This document shows, in pieces, positions 14,785 through 27,441 of a stretch of DNA of 64,000 nt. The notes beneath the pieces are model-generated. The model was not told the origin of the DNA, made no database searches, and saw nothing but the letters and a program-made list of their open reading frames with translations. Made by a program: the position numbers and the translations under genes. This DNA is from Chrysomallon squamiferum (Eukaryota; Animalia; Mollusca). Location: NCBI GenBank assembly GCA_012295275.1, contig CM022671.1, forward strand, positions 558,001 to 622,000. Direction: 5' to 3'. Positions within the stretch are counted from its first letter, which is position 1, and each line of letters opens with the position of its first letter.

Positions 14785-15384
14785 TGGAAAAATCACTTAA
14801 ATTTTATTATACCATTTATTAATTTAAAACTGTTTATTACGCAGTTAACTTTTCTCCGGCCACTTCGTTTCGCCCGAGTATACCCATGTGTATCGAATGG
14901 AAATTCCCTTTTCGAAGAATTCGGTCAAGGTGTTATGAATCGTGGCGAAGGACGTTTGCACGGTCAACCGAAATGGAAGAATAAAATGTTTTTGGAAGTA
15001 TAGTTTGATCAAATGTTGGTCTTTTCACTTTATCGAGGGTTCTTAGCAGATAATTATAATTTTTCAAAAATTGCGCTTTTTGGCTCCAAACATGCAAAGC
15101 CTGTATGTCAGTGATGTAATATTGGGAAATACAGGAACAGCTGACAATGTGCGGTCACATCTATTTATAGAATACATTTCTCACAAAGAACACTCAAAGG
15201 CGGATGCGTAAATAATTTTCCTGTAACGAAAGTACGTATACATATGAATTAATATTTAATAGCGATTTAAACCAGCGAATTATTTTTTAATTAGTACTAC
15301 TAATTCATGTAATTTGTTTTAATCAAATGAATAACGTAAATGCCCATGCCATCCAGTTTTTAAATAAAAAGAGCGCCTTTAACA

Positions 15385-15427
15385 CCTTTTACAGACCGTA
15401 CGAGCGCCTTTTACAGACCGTACGAGC
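15385..15427. repeat. Perfect 21-bp direct duplication (period 22)
   Basis: CCTTTTACAGACCGTACGAGC at 15385-15405 and 15407-15427, with a partial third GAGCGCCTTT at 15371. Confidence 0.85.
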
Positions 15428-15470
15428 CAAATAAATGGATTTAAAAAAATAAAAATAAATAAATAATAAT

Positions 15471-15509
<39 letters not shown>

Positions 15510-16506
15510 GAAACATCTTATGTTGTTTTGTGTTTTTTTATTTGTTTTTTGTTGAAATAAGTAAAGATTACAATATATAAAAAACGATATTATTTTAGTA
15601 GATAAATATCTTGTCTATTTTAGAATTTGAACCCAAAACCAATGAGCTTGCTGTTGTGAATATTAAATATGTGATAAATACACTTTTTTTTTTCATTTGT
15701 TCACTAATTATTTTAATAATTTATGCATATTTGTGTATGTATATATTTACTTACATGTGTGTGTGTGTGTGTGAGTATGTATGAACGTATGTATGTAGGT
15801 AAATAAGTCTGTATGTGCATGGGTAAAGGTAATATTGATTGTCGTATGTAAGTAAAAGATTAAATTTCAGTGTTGTAATGTATACATGTATTTTACAGTG
15901 AGCCAGATATAAACACCGTAACCAAAGATGACAAATGTTGGTTTATTTTTAAATTCTGAAGGACACTGATGATAAGAGCTATACTGGTTTGTTTGCTCAG
16001 TTTAGATGTGTTGACACTGATTAAACAAAGTGTTTTCAAGGTCACATTTGCTAAAATTTACTCAAGTAAGAATAATGATTTAAAACTGTTCAAAGCAGAG
16101 AAAGTGAATCTAAAATTTAATTGTAAGTTTGGGATTTTTTGTGTGGTTTTTTACAATATGTATGCATATGTCATGTTTTTGTTTCCAGCAGTAGAAATAG
16201 TTTCATGAAATTAAAATGTCTTAACTGATATAAAATTTTAAAATGATTTAATATTAGTGATAGCAAAAATGGATTTTTTTGAAAGAATTATCACATACAT
16301 TCATATTGTATATCAAATAATAATATTATATATCTTGTATTTGTTGATAATCTTTCTTTAATTTACTTAAGAAATGTTTTTTTAAATTTATATTTATATA
16401 TACAAACACACACATACATACATACATACATACATACATACATACTTACATTATTTCATATATTTAAAAGATTTTAACAATATTTCTAGGTCTTTCAGCA
16501 GAAAAA

Positions 16507-19191
16507 ATGAATCATAAAAACCAAAAGCACCCATTGTCAGAAAGCACCAATATGATGGATAAAGTAGAAAAGAAAGACCCAGAAGAAAAAACATCACCCA
16601 GAGAAAATGGCTGCTCGAAATGGTTTCTACGGGTAACAGGACTTGTTACTACAGATATGACAGAGCCTAACTGGAAATATATAAGGATCATGTTTGCTGC
16701 CTTGGTGAGTAATTATAATAGATTATCTGATCTGGAATGGACTACAGATCTATGTGGAATGGACTTTAGATCATTCATTACAGCAGTCCTCAATGTTTGC
16801 TTCCATTGGTCTATTTCCAGTTAGTTGATATCTTCATCTTAGAGATCATACATTTGTTATCATATGTAATAGTCCATGAGAATAACAAGCTTGCTGCTTA
16901 TTGCTAAATATTGTCACATGAAGAAAACATAGCATGTTGTTACAGATAATTATTGATTTTAAAAAACATTATCTCTATGTGTATGTATGTGGGCAATTAT
17001 GTTTCTACATGTGTTTAAGAATGAAAATAAGGACAATGAAATAATTATTATGTATAATACAATTATATTTACAATACATGTATATACAGATATAGATCCT
17101 TCAGTGGTGATCAAACATGCAGTTTTTATGTTAAAGATATGTTAAATTTTAAATAATTTTTTTTCTTCTTTTTTTCAGTTTTCAAGTTCCTTTTCTATAG
17201 TTTTTATCTTACCATTTTTACCAGAAATGGTCTTAGTAAGTTTATTAATTTATTATTATTATATGTTAAGAAATTAGTAATAAAATACTCAACTAAATAT
17301 TTTTATTTTAAAACATATTACAGACACCTTATTATTAACTGATATAGAGACTAAACCATTAATATCATGAAAAAAAAAAACCCAGCTAATACACAATAAT
17401 ATTGAAATATATAATTAGGTTTACCATGCAGTTTGCTGGAAGGTAAATAAGTAAATAATGTATTAAAAGAACATTTGAAGAGTTTGGTTCCAAAATGCAA
17501 TAAATCCATTTTCTTTGTTTTGAGAAAAATGACTATTTCTGCTCAGAAGTTATGTTATTTAATGAAGGTCTATAGTCTACTGTGTAGATCAGCAGTGGAT
17601 ATAGAATTTTGAGGAAAATTATTATGGGGCATTGAACAGCCACCAAATACTGAACTTTTGGTGGCATTTGCTTTAAAATTTTGATTTTGGCATTTATCAC
17701 GTTTTGGAATTAAAGTCTTCATTTGTAAAATATAACATATCTGTTATTTCAGTCACTGGGTTACAAGGAAGAAGAAAAAGGTTACTACTGTGGTCTGGTA
17801 ATATCTTCAGTTTTTGCTGGACGAGCTTGTGGCAGGTGAGACTGTTTACTTTTATAATATTAGTAAGTTGTATTCACTGTGTGACAACGAGACAGGTATG
17901 TCTGCCAGAAAGTGTTTTAAAAAGCTGAAATCAAGAAGTAAATTTATATTATTTTGATGAGTACCTTAATTAAACTGGTTAATATTTCTAGAATGTTTTT
18001 TCGTGAATAACTGTATAGTATCGACAGTTATTATGATGAAAATGTCTAATATCAGCAGCCTAAATTAAGGGCATGTAGTTATACAAAAAGTTATTACTCT
18101 TTCTTTTTTTAATCTTTTTTTTATAATAATAAAATAAATTAAAAAAGTAAACCTTTCATAGATTTTAGAATTTTACATTAAGGAATGTCAAATATATATT
18201 ATTTCTATTTTTAATTTTAAAATTGTGGTTCCATAATATATATTAATATAATTACTACTATTATTTTATGATCATCATTATCATGAATATTTCCTTTATT
18301 TTTTTTGCTTTATTCCATTTTCTAGTTATTTCTGGGGTTGGCTGTCAGATAAGAAAGGAAGAAGGCCTATTTTGCTGGCAACGATTTCTTTGAATGGACT
18401 TTTTTCATTTCTCTTCGGCTTCAGCACCAGTATTCCAGTTGCAATGGTCCTTCGTTTTTTATCAGGACTGGCCAATGGTAAGACTTCTGAATATTTAAAT
18501 TTATATTATTTTTTATTTTTTATTTCTTTATAATTATATTGTATTATTAATAATAGTAACAGTAGTTATGATAGGATTAGAATAAAAATAACATTAAGTC
18601 AGTGATAAAGAAACAAACCACTATTTTGTGTTTGTATAGTAATTCATGTGCATAATTTGTTTTAAAAAAAGACGTCTTTGTTTCTTTTACAACTATTTTT
18701 ACTGTAACTCTTCTTGCTTGCTCTTCTATTGTCAACAGTACTAGTAATAGCATCAGAAGTAACATCAGTATTAAAACTATTATTCTGTTATTATTAATAG
18801 CACTCTCAGTTAATGTAAAATATTGTTTTCAGGCACTGTTGGTACAGCTAAGACAGTTCTGTATGAGATATCTGACAACACAAACCAGGCCCTGGGTATG
18901 TCAACAATCAGTTTTGCTTGGGGTCTTGGCCTGATTCTGGGACCAACAATTGGAGGTTTGACATTTCAGCATTTTATAATGGATGATCAAGTGCATGGTT
19001 AATTAAGATCATGTTTTTAGATTAAAGTTTTGATTAAAGGATTAATTTATGAAATTTATTTTTCAGATAAATCTTCTGACTACAGGATTAATTAAGACAA
19101 AAAAGTCAAGTTGATGGGGTAGACATTTTTAACATTTATTTAACTACTTTGATTCTGTAAGATTTATATGTTGAACATTTTTGCATTTCAA

Positions 19192-19229
<38 letters not shown>

Positions 19230-22200
19230 ATAGACAGATTTCAAATAATTATATCATAAATTTCATTTCTAGTAAAATGGTCAGATTTGCTACAAAGTAT
19301 CTACATAGTCTCATAATAATTTTATTATTCCATGGTATTTTTTTCTAGCAGAAATTCTTGCCCACCCAAACATAAACTACTTTCTATTTTGTTTTTTCCA
19401 CTTGGGTTTAGGATTCTTGGCATCACCAGTTGAGAGATTTCCCCATGTGTTCAAAGAAAATGGTTTTTTCAGTGATTATGCATTTCTGCTCTCCTCAACA
19501 ATGGCAGGTCTGGTGTGCCTGAGTTCATTTACATACGTGTTTTTCACATTTGAAGAAACACTGAAGAAAAAGTAAGTTTTATTACTTTGTTAAAAGAAAT
19601 AATAATAATAAAATAAAGGAAAGAGTCATTCTTTATATCTCATAGGCTTGTTTTTATTTATATATACTTTAGTAGTAGTAAAGTTTGGTGATTAGTAAAC
19701 AAATAATCATATGAAAGTATACAAAATACATTTTAGTTAATTGTTTATATCACAACAGAGAATATTTTAATGTGTCTTTCAGTTTGGATCTTAATGGTTG
19801 TTCATCTTCCAGAAATACTGAGAGGGATTTTGAAGTGGCTGTTGAAAAACTTGGAGACAAATGTTCACTGAGTGCCTCACCAGCACCCAGTAACACTCGA
19901 CGGAGATTTTCTAATGTGAGCGCAGCACTCAACTTCTCCATTGAGAACTTCAATACACCATCACAGCTTTATTTTGCTAGCATTGAAAAGTATTTGCCTT
20001 ATGCTGATGAAGATGATGTTGGCTCTTACAATTATCATGAAGCGACGAGCAGTTCTGAAAAGTGCCTTCCTGACAACGGCTGTGATGTTGTTGCTAACAG
20101 CTGCAGCAAAAGTGGAGAAAACATAGATCTCAGTGTGCAGAAAGGTTTAGAAAAAGCTGATGAAGAGAATGCTTTAAGTACTAGTCCTTATGTGGAAATA
20201 ATTGATGAAAATAATCATCTTAATAACGATAAAGATAATAAGGAGCGTGATAGACATAAAGCTAATAGTGAAAATCCTCCAATAGCTTTTGAAATAATTA
20301 AGGCTGGTGCTTTGCTTTTGGAGGAAAATAAGACAGAAAATAATGCAAATTGTGAAATTAACAAAAATGGATCAGTTGTACTGAAGGACAGTGCTACTAC
20401 TTCACAACAGAGTGATGCAAAGGGAAATAAATCTTCATGGATTTATGTTATTCGTCACAGTAAATTGGTAACTCTACTGAGGTATGAGAAGCTGTTTCTG
20501 TTTAATTGGGTTTTTTTAAATAACCGTCTCTAGAAGTGGGATGTTTCAGTAACTTCTTTTTATCTTTGGTTTTTTTTTTTATTTAATATTAGTATTTCCT
20601 TAAAATGAAGTGAAAGTAAATCAAAATATATTATTCAGAATATGTTTTTAATTCTGTTTATTATGTTTACAAAATCCATAACATTATGTAAATTTCTTTA
20701 TCATCAGATTCTCCATGATTTAAAATAAAGATTCATCTATTTTCATTATGTCAGTATGTGACTTTATTGGCACAATATGGAATGTATCTGAGGATAGGAC
20801 TTGCTTTGTACTTTGACATATCCAGAAATGGCTCAAAGATATAGCTAATAGATTGATTTTGTGTTTGTCATTGCTGAGACTATTTCTCTACAGTAGAAAT
20901 ACATTAGTCTTATACAGGATTAAATTCTAAGATTTAAAGTGTTAAACTGACTGTATTTAAAACCTTTTTTTCATTGTATTTCAAGTGAATCTGATGTTAG
21001 AGCTTGTGTAATGATGTATGCTTTGTTTTCGTTTGGTGTCGTGGCTTTTGATGATATCTTCATAGTGTTGTTGTCTACAGAACCAAGATTAGGTAAGATC
21101 AGCATGAAGTGATCACATATTTATTATTTTAATTATACATTTTTTGTTTCTTATTATGCTAAGTTTTGTTGTTGTTGTTATTATTGGTGTTGTTTATATG
21201 ATTCCTCTTCTTCTTCTTTCTCTTATTATTGTATTTATTATTATTATAATTTTTAGTATTATTATCATTATTATTATACATCACTTTTAATCTTTCTAAT
21301 GTTTTGGTGATGAACATATATTTACAGATATGATACATCTCTGTCATTTTCAGTTATTTTAACAATAATTTTAATGATAACCTATATCTGTAATGAAAAT
21401 ATTTTTGTTTATTTTTTGTAATATTAATTGCTTTTGAATGTTTTATATACATATATATATATATTTATATCAATAAGGAAACTATTTCTTTCTACTGTTA
21501 CAACATTTAATTTGTAAATTTCCAATGAAGAAAATATTTATCTTTATGCTGTTTTATTTCAGATGGTATTGGGTTTAGTTCAGGACAGATTGGAACATCT
21601 TTGGGAGCAGTTGCAGGCCCTCTCATGTTTTTTCAAATATTCTGCTATCCAGCCATAGCCAAGAAACTTGGCTTGAGATGGGTTAGTATGTAGCACATTC
21701 TACACACTTCCTAAGTTGTTTGATTCCTGTTATACTTCCTTGTTGATTTATAATATTGTTTCAGTATTAATGCCTTTAAATTCTACTTTATTGTTATTAT
21801 TATTTTTTTTTTTTTTGGGTTTAGTAAAAAAAATTAAATGCTGATTTTTGTTGTTTTTGACAAAAGTGAAAACAAATGGGAATGCTTGCTATTTGTTTTG
21901 ACTATTTATTAACTTTATTTATTTATTTGTTGAAAGAAGGCACAAAGCATAATATATATATGATTATTATTATTATTATTATTTTAGACGTACATTCTTG
22001 CAGCCTTACTTATATTGATTCCTGTCCAGTTGATTCCCATGTTACATCTGATATATGACAAGTAAGTATTAAATTTTATTTGAATAAATGTAATTAATAA
22101 TCACCTTTTAATCATATATTTTTATGGCCTAAATATAATTTAATGATTTGAAGTTGTTGGTGCTAGGGGACCTGTTGACCAATCTTTGCTAATAATGAAG

Positions 22201-23422
22201 GTTGAGGATGTCTGTATTTTGCTTTTTCACTTGAAGAAATGATATGACAAAAATGTGAATTAACTGCATCCTCACAAGCTTGTTCTTATTTTTTTTTTTT
22301 ATTATTAATAAACATTTCTCACCAGAATTAAATAAATGTCAAATGGAAGCCTTGTGTCTGTTGGCAGTTTGTACTGTCGTTGCTAAACTTTAATTAATAA
22401 TTCAATAAATAATTGTGACAGAAGTATTTAATCAGAAAATCTTTTCTGGGGAATATTAATTATTACTTTATATGTAAAAAAAACTGAAAATATTTCTGTT
22501 CATAATATTTTAGAATTGTGTCATGAAACATATTTTTTAGATCATTTTGAAATCATAATTGGACAAATTCTATCATTCTGTTTCAGGAAGGTCATGCTGT
22601 GGACATTTTTAATGCTGTTGTTGATCCCTGAGAGGGCAGGGAGTAATTTTTGTTTTGCTTCAATTTCTCTGATGATCAACAACTCAGTGAACCCAGAAAA
22701 TGCTGGCTCAGTCAATGGTATTGCAATGACACTGACTGCACTTTTAAGGTCAGTGATACTAGATTTTCAAAAAAGCATTGTTAATCTATTTGTTGATTGT
22801 TGTTTTTGTTGTTGTTGTTGTTGTTTTTTGCTGTTTTGGGGTGTTTGTTTGGTTGAGTTTTTATTTTTTTATTTTAATTTTTTTTTTTTTAAATTGTATT
22901 ATAATCAGTTTTTGTTATTATTTTATTTTATTTCATTTCATTTTTTTTTTTTTTTTTATTTACTCTCCTTTCTTGAATATTTCTCATTTGCAAGTACATT
23001 ATGTCATATATAAGTTTGTTTTACATATTTTTTCCATTTATCTATTTTTGTTATTTCTTTCTTTATTTTTTTTCCAATTTAATCTTCCAAACATTTCACA
23101 CTACCATTTTATTAATTTTTTTGATATGATGAAGAAAATTTAAAACTGAAATACTTTTGCTAGGATATTTGCATTTTAATGATAATACTTTAATAAATTT
23201 ACTATGTTTAATGAGAGCAAATGTCAGCCATTATTTCCTCTTTCTAGAACTCTGGGACCATCAATAGCAGGTAGCTTGTTTTCATGGTCAGTGACACATG
23301 GCGTCCATCTTGGAATTCCATTTGATATCAACTTTAGTTTTGTTCTAATTGGAATTGTATTTCTGCTGTGCATTATACAAGGTGTGTTTCTTCCAAAACA
23401 CTTGGACAAACAGAAGAAATGA
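16507..23422 (+). CDS. Major facilitator superfamily transporter, ZIFL (zinc-induced facilitator-like)/DHA1-type; 12 coding exons
   Basis: Exons 16507-16704, 17179-17235, 17753-17835, 18326-18477, 18833-18955, 19412-19571, 19759(or 19783)-20481, 20986-21092, 21563-21681, 21988-22061, 22587-22748, 23248-23422 (TGA). All are GT-AG with consistent phases. Motifs: MFS motif A WGWLSDKKGRRP, RFLSG, AKTVLYEISDNTNQALG, WGLGLILGPTIGGFLA, EETL, NNSV..GSVNG and RTLGPSIAGSLFSWS, typical of ZIFL-like transporters. Confidence 0.9.
17477..17720. mobile_element. Non-autonomous DNA transposon (MITE), about 244 bp, in MFS intron
   Basis: Left end GAAGAGTTTGGTTCCAAAATGCAATAAATCC; reverse complement of the right end GAAGACTTTAATTCCAAAACGTGATAAATGCC (about 30-bp imperfect TIR). 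The direct repeat ATTT flanks both sides (17473-17476, 17721-17724). There is an internal palindrome GCCACCAAA..TTTGGTGGC at 17639-17665. Confidence 0.8.
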
Positions 23423-26400
23423 AACAAAATAAGCTGTTTATTCACTTACTACAATGGCAATATTCCTTAAAAATGTCTTTATAATGTTGATGTTGGATTT
23501 TTATAATTATAGGCATCAGGAGTAATTTGTGTTTAGTTTTTTTATAAGCAAGAAATGTATGATTATATTTTGTTATAAGTATTTATTAGAAACATATGTG
23601 TTTAGTATATATATATATATATATATTAATTTTTTTTTACTTTGCTTTATTTTCCATTCCACAAACTTGTTATAAATATGATGGTCTATAATTAACAGAA
23701 AATATTCACAATAAAGAGACATTTTGAAATATTAATTGTTAAATTTTTTAACGTACACAGTGCTAAAAATAAAAAGTTAGAAAGCTTCATTAGTTCTATA
23801 AAATATTTTTCAGCGTTATAGTGAACAGTATTGTAGTCATATATATAGTTTAGCCAATCAGAAAGAATTTACAAAATTGTTGAAAGCCATTTTTATTTTT
23901 ATACATTTATTTATTTACAAAGTTTCTTTACAATTGACTGACTTAGTATTTTAATGTGAAATCCAGTATTAATGTCATTACAATGTTTTATAAATATTTT
24001 GTTAATCACAGCAGGAATGAGATATGAAGTAGTTCAGTCGTATTCTGTTCTTGTTTAAATATTTTTATAATAAATAATAGTATATAGATTTTATTATTTA
24101 ATTAAATTTTTGTTTACATACCAAAAGTAATGTAACATTTTCATTTTTTTTTGTACTAAAATTTGATTTCAATATGATAACTGATATATATTTTAGCATA
24201 TTATTGTTAAACATGGTGGAGTGAAAAACGTAAACATGTTTTTTTTTTTTTTTTTTTTTTTAGGATTTGAATATCAGATAAAATAAAATTTTTTCTTTTG
24301 TTTTCAATTTTAAATCAGAATGGAAAATAATTCAGGGATATTCTTTATCCTTTTTTATTAATTTTTTTTTTATTATTATTATTATTTTTTTTTTTTTTTT
24401 TTTTTTTACTGGCAAATTTATTACCAAATACATTTAAGAGACTTTTTTTTTATATCTTTGAAAATAATTTTAATATATTCATTACAAATCTTGTCAAAAA
24501 TATTTTTATTATTATTAGTATTAAATATATATATGACATATATTTTTATATGCATCTAAATTTAAATAATAAAATAAATAAATTTAAATTTTTTTGAAAA
24601 TAACTTTTCATGACAAATTTTCAGGCTCAAGTCATTTTTGTAAACTGTATTTAACAAATGTGTTACTAAAAATAAGAATCTATTTATTTTGTTTATTTGT
24701 ATTGTTTTATAGGTGTCATAACTATTGTAGTTTTGTTGTCCTTAATATCTGTTAGGTATAAATGTTTGATATTTGTTACTTCATATTTGTATTGTTGTTA
24801 ACTGTAATTTTATGATTTTACTGTTTAGGAGAGCTTCATTTGTAAAATGTTCATTTATTTTTGTTTTCAAATAAAAAAAACTCACAAATACTTCAGTGTA
24901 TATAATTTTATAGGTTTATTAGCAGTAACATTATTTATTTCATTTTTAAGAATTTCAGATTTAACTAAAATATATTGGTTGAAAATACTACAATAAAATA
25001 ACATCCAAGAATGTTAAGTGGTATAAAAAGTTCACCAACCTTTTTCACAAAGGTACAAAATAAATCGATTAAATAAACTGAAAACAAGAAAAGAATAAAT
25101 AATAAAATACAGTTATTTTATTTATTGAAATATTTAAGAAATATTTATAATTTGTTTTTGTTAAAACTAATATTTTGTATTTTATGTATGTAATCGGGCA
25201 TTAAAAACTTTATTAATACTATTACTACTGTATCAGAATATTATATTATTATCATTATAGTGCTTGTTTTTATATATAATTTATTTTATGCCAGACAAGA
25301 TAAACATGAATGTTAGTAGATATATTTGATAAATTATGGAGATTAAATTAGGTGCTTTGGCTTTTTCTAGTCATATATAAATTGTAATTTTCATACACAA
25401 AATATACATTTTGCATATAAAAAAATAAAAAAATATAAAAAGAAATTATAATAAATAATAATATATAATGTATTTATTCTTCTAATTGTAATTATTAATG
25501 ATGACAAAATCCATAATGAAAGCTTATACCACGTAATCAGGTCATCTTTTGGCAAATTAATTTTAAAAACCCAATGAATGTTTGTGTTCAGAACATCAGT
25601 AGAACTAATAATATACATGTGTGATCAAAAGCAAAGCAATAAGTATGTAACAAAATGTATGTGTATGTATGTGCCTGTGTGTATGTGTGTGTGTGTGTAT
25701 ATATATATATAAATGTATATGTATGTTGGATTGGAACAAATGTTTTTATTATTTTTCAATAGGTGACATATCACATGTATAACTGAAATATTTGACACCA
25801 TACTCATATTCAGAATATATATATAGAGAGAGAGAGTGAGCAGAATATTGTTTCTGAATTCAACTTAAAAAAAATGCTATGAACTTTTGTTCCTACCCAG
25901 TAATATGTATGCTTTATGTATATACATGCAATATTTATATGTATTGTTTTACTTACTTAATTTGGTTGTTGAACTAATGTGATAAATTTACAATAACATT
26001 AGTTTACAATTTTACTGAGTACATGCTGGTCTGTTTAGTAAATATCTTTATGTGCAGGTTTTATTTTTAATGATATTCAGTCATGCAGTATGCCAAATGT
26101 TTTAAAGTGATAATGGGTAACAGTAATATTTTACATCTTTGTTCATTTTAGAAAATAATTCACTAGATGCTGGTTGTATTCATCAGTTTTTCTATTTTTG
26201 TTTCATTTTACCCTGTATAGTCAGATATAGATAGATCTGGAGCTTTCATTATTCAATCAGATTAACATTTACCAAGATTATCAAATACAGTATTTTCATT
26301 ATCAGGTCAATGGAACACATTTCTTCTTCCCAAATTATATAATTTTAACATAGTTTTGTTGTATTAATAATGTACTAAAAATTACTACCCGGAGTTAAAA

Positions 26401-27441
26401 CATTTATGTAATACACTAGAATCTTTTTATGAAACTGATTTTAATTTAGTGTTTATGCAACAGTAGTTATTGATTAAACCAGATGTTTAATATGTATTTG
26501 ATTTTTAACTTTGTTTTATAATCAAATGAAATAAATTATGTATTAAAATGTACTCTTTCAGGCGGGTTTTCTGTTTTTTTATAAAGAATATATCAAGACT
26601 GTTATTTATTTAATAAAAACATTTTTCAGATAATATAATGTGGTGTTTTTATTTTATTTTTTATTTTAATAAAAGCCAGATAAATTTAAAATATTGCCTT
26701 ACAGTTCTTACAGAGCTCAATTAAAAAAACAAAAACTTATTTGGGTGTATTCTGGCATATCTAGGTCTATGGGTTTTTTTTTTTTTAGGGAGGGGACAAG
26801 GGAATGATACACATAATTGTTATTGTTTTATTAAGCAGTACTTGATTAAAGTAACTGAAAATTTTATCACCCTAAAAAGGCCATCATGAATTTAAGTGCA
26901 CAATTTGTAGGTGAACATGCCATTTCATAGAATCACATGAAAATCAAAATAAAACCTATAGTGAAATATTAGCAACATTATTTCTTTTTTCAGATACAGC
27001 TGATTGTAGGAAATTCAGCTGTTGTTAGAAAACTATCATTTATGATTATTTTGAGCATGTCAATAATTTTATGGATACTGGTGTGAACCAGTATGTATTA
27101 GTAATTGTGCATGATAGCAACAGATTAATTTGTACAAGATGTGTAAACTTTACTTCATAATAATAACTCCACCAACATACATCTTCAAGTGACTGATGAT
27201 AGCAGATGTAAGTTAAAATGTACAGCTTGAGACTAATTCATGGCACAAAGAAATGTAATGGAATCCACGTCATGATTTACTGTCTGTTGTCACACATGTG
27301 ATATTTATATTCCTGCATATAAGAAAATTACAATGAGTAAAAGTGACCCTTAATGTCTTATAAATCACAACAATTTTCTTTTAAATATATTTTATTATAC
27401 AAAGGATACAAAGGAGAAAAAGAAGAAAAATTTAAAAATGT

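Larger units (their letters stand above)
11500..15430. promoter_or_regulatory. CpG-retaining divergent promoter/intergenic region between GRK2 (minus) and the MFS gene (plus)
   Basis: CpG dinucleotides are visibly frequent here and scarce in the flanking introns. A YY1-like AACATGGCGG overlaps the GRK2 ATG (plus-strand ccgccatgtt, 11832-11841). A possible non-coding first exon of the MFS gene ends at an AA|GTACGT donor near 15231. Confidence 0.55.

Noticed and set aside
15371-15427. CRISPR-like repeat
   Set aside because: There are only two adjacent copies with no spacers, in eukaryotic DNA with no cas genes.
19193-19228. Long poly(A) run as a retroposon tail
   Set aside because: No recognisable SINE/LINE body or TSD; homopolymer runs are common throughout the window.
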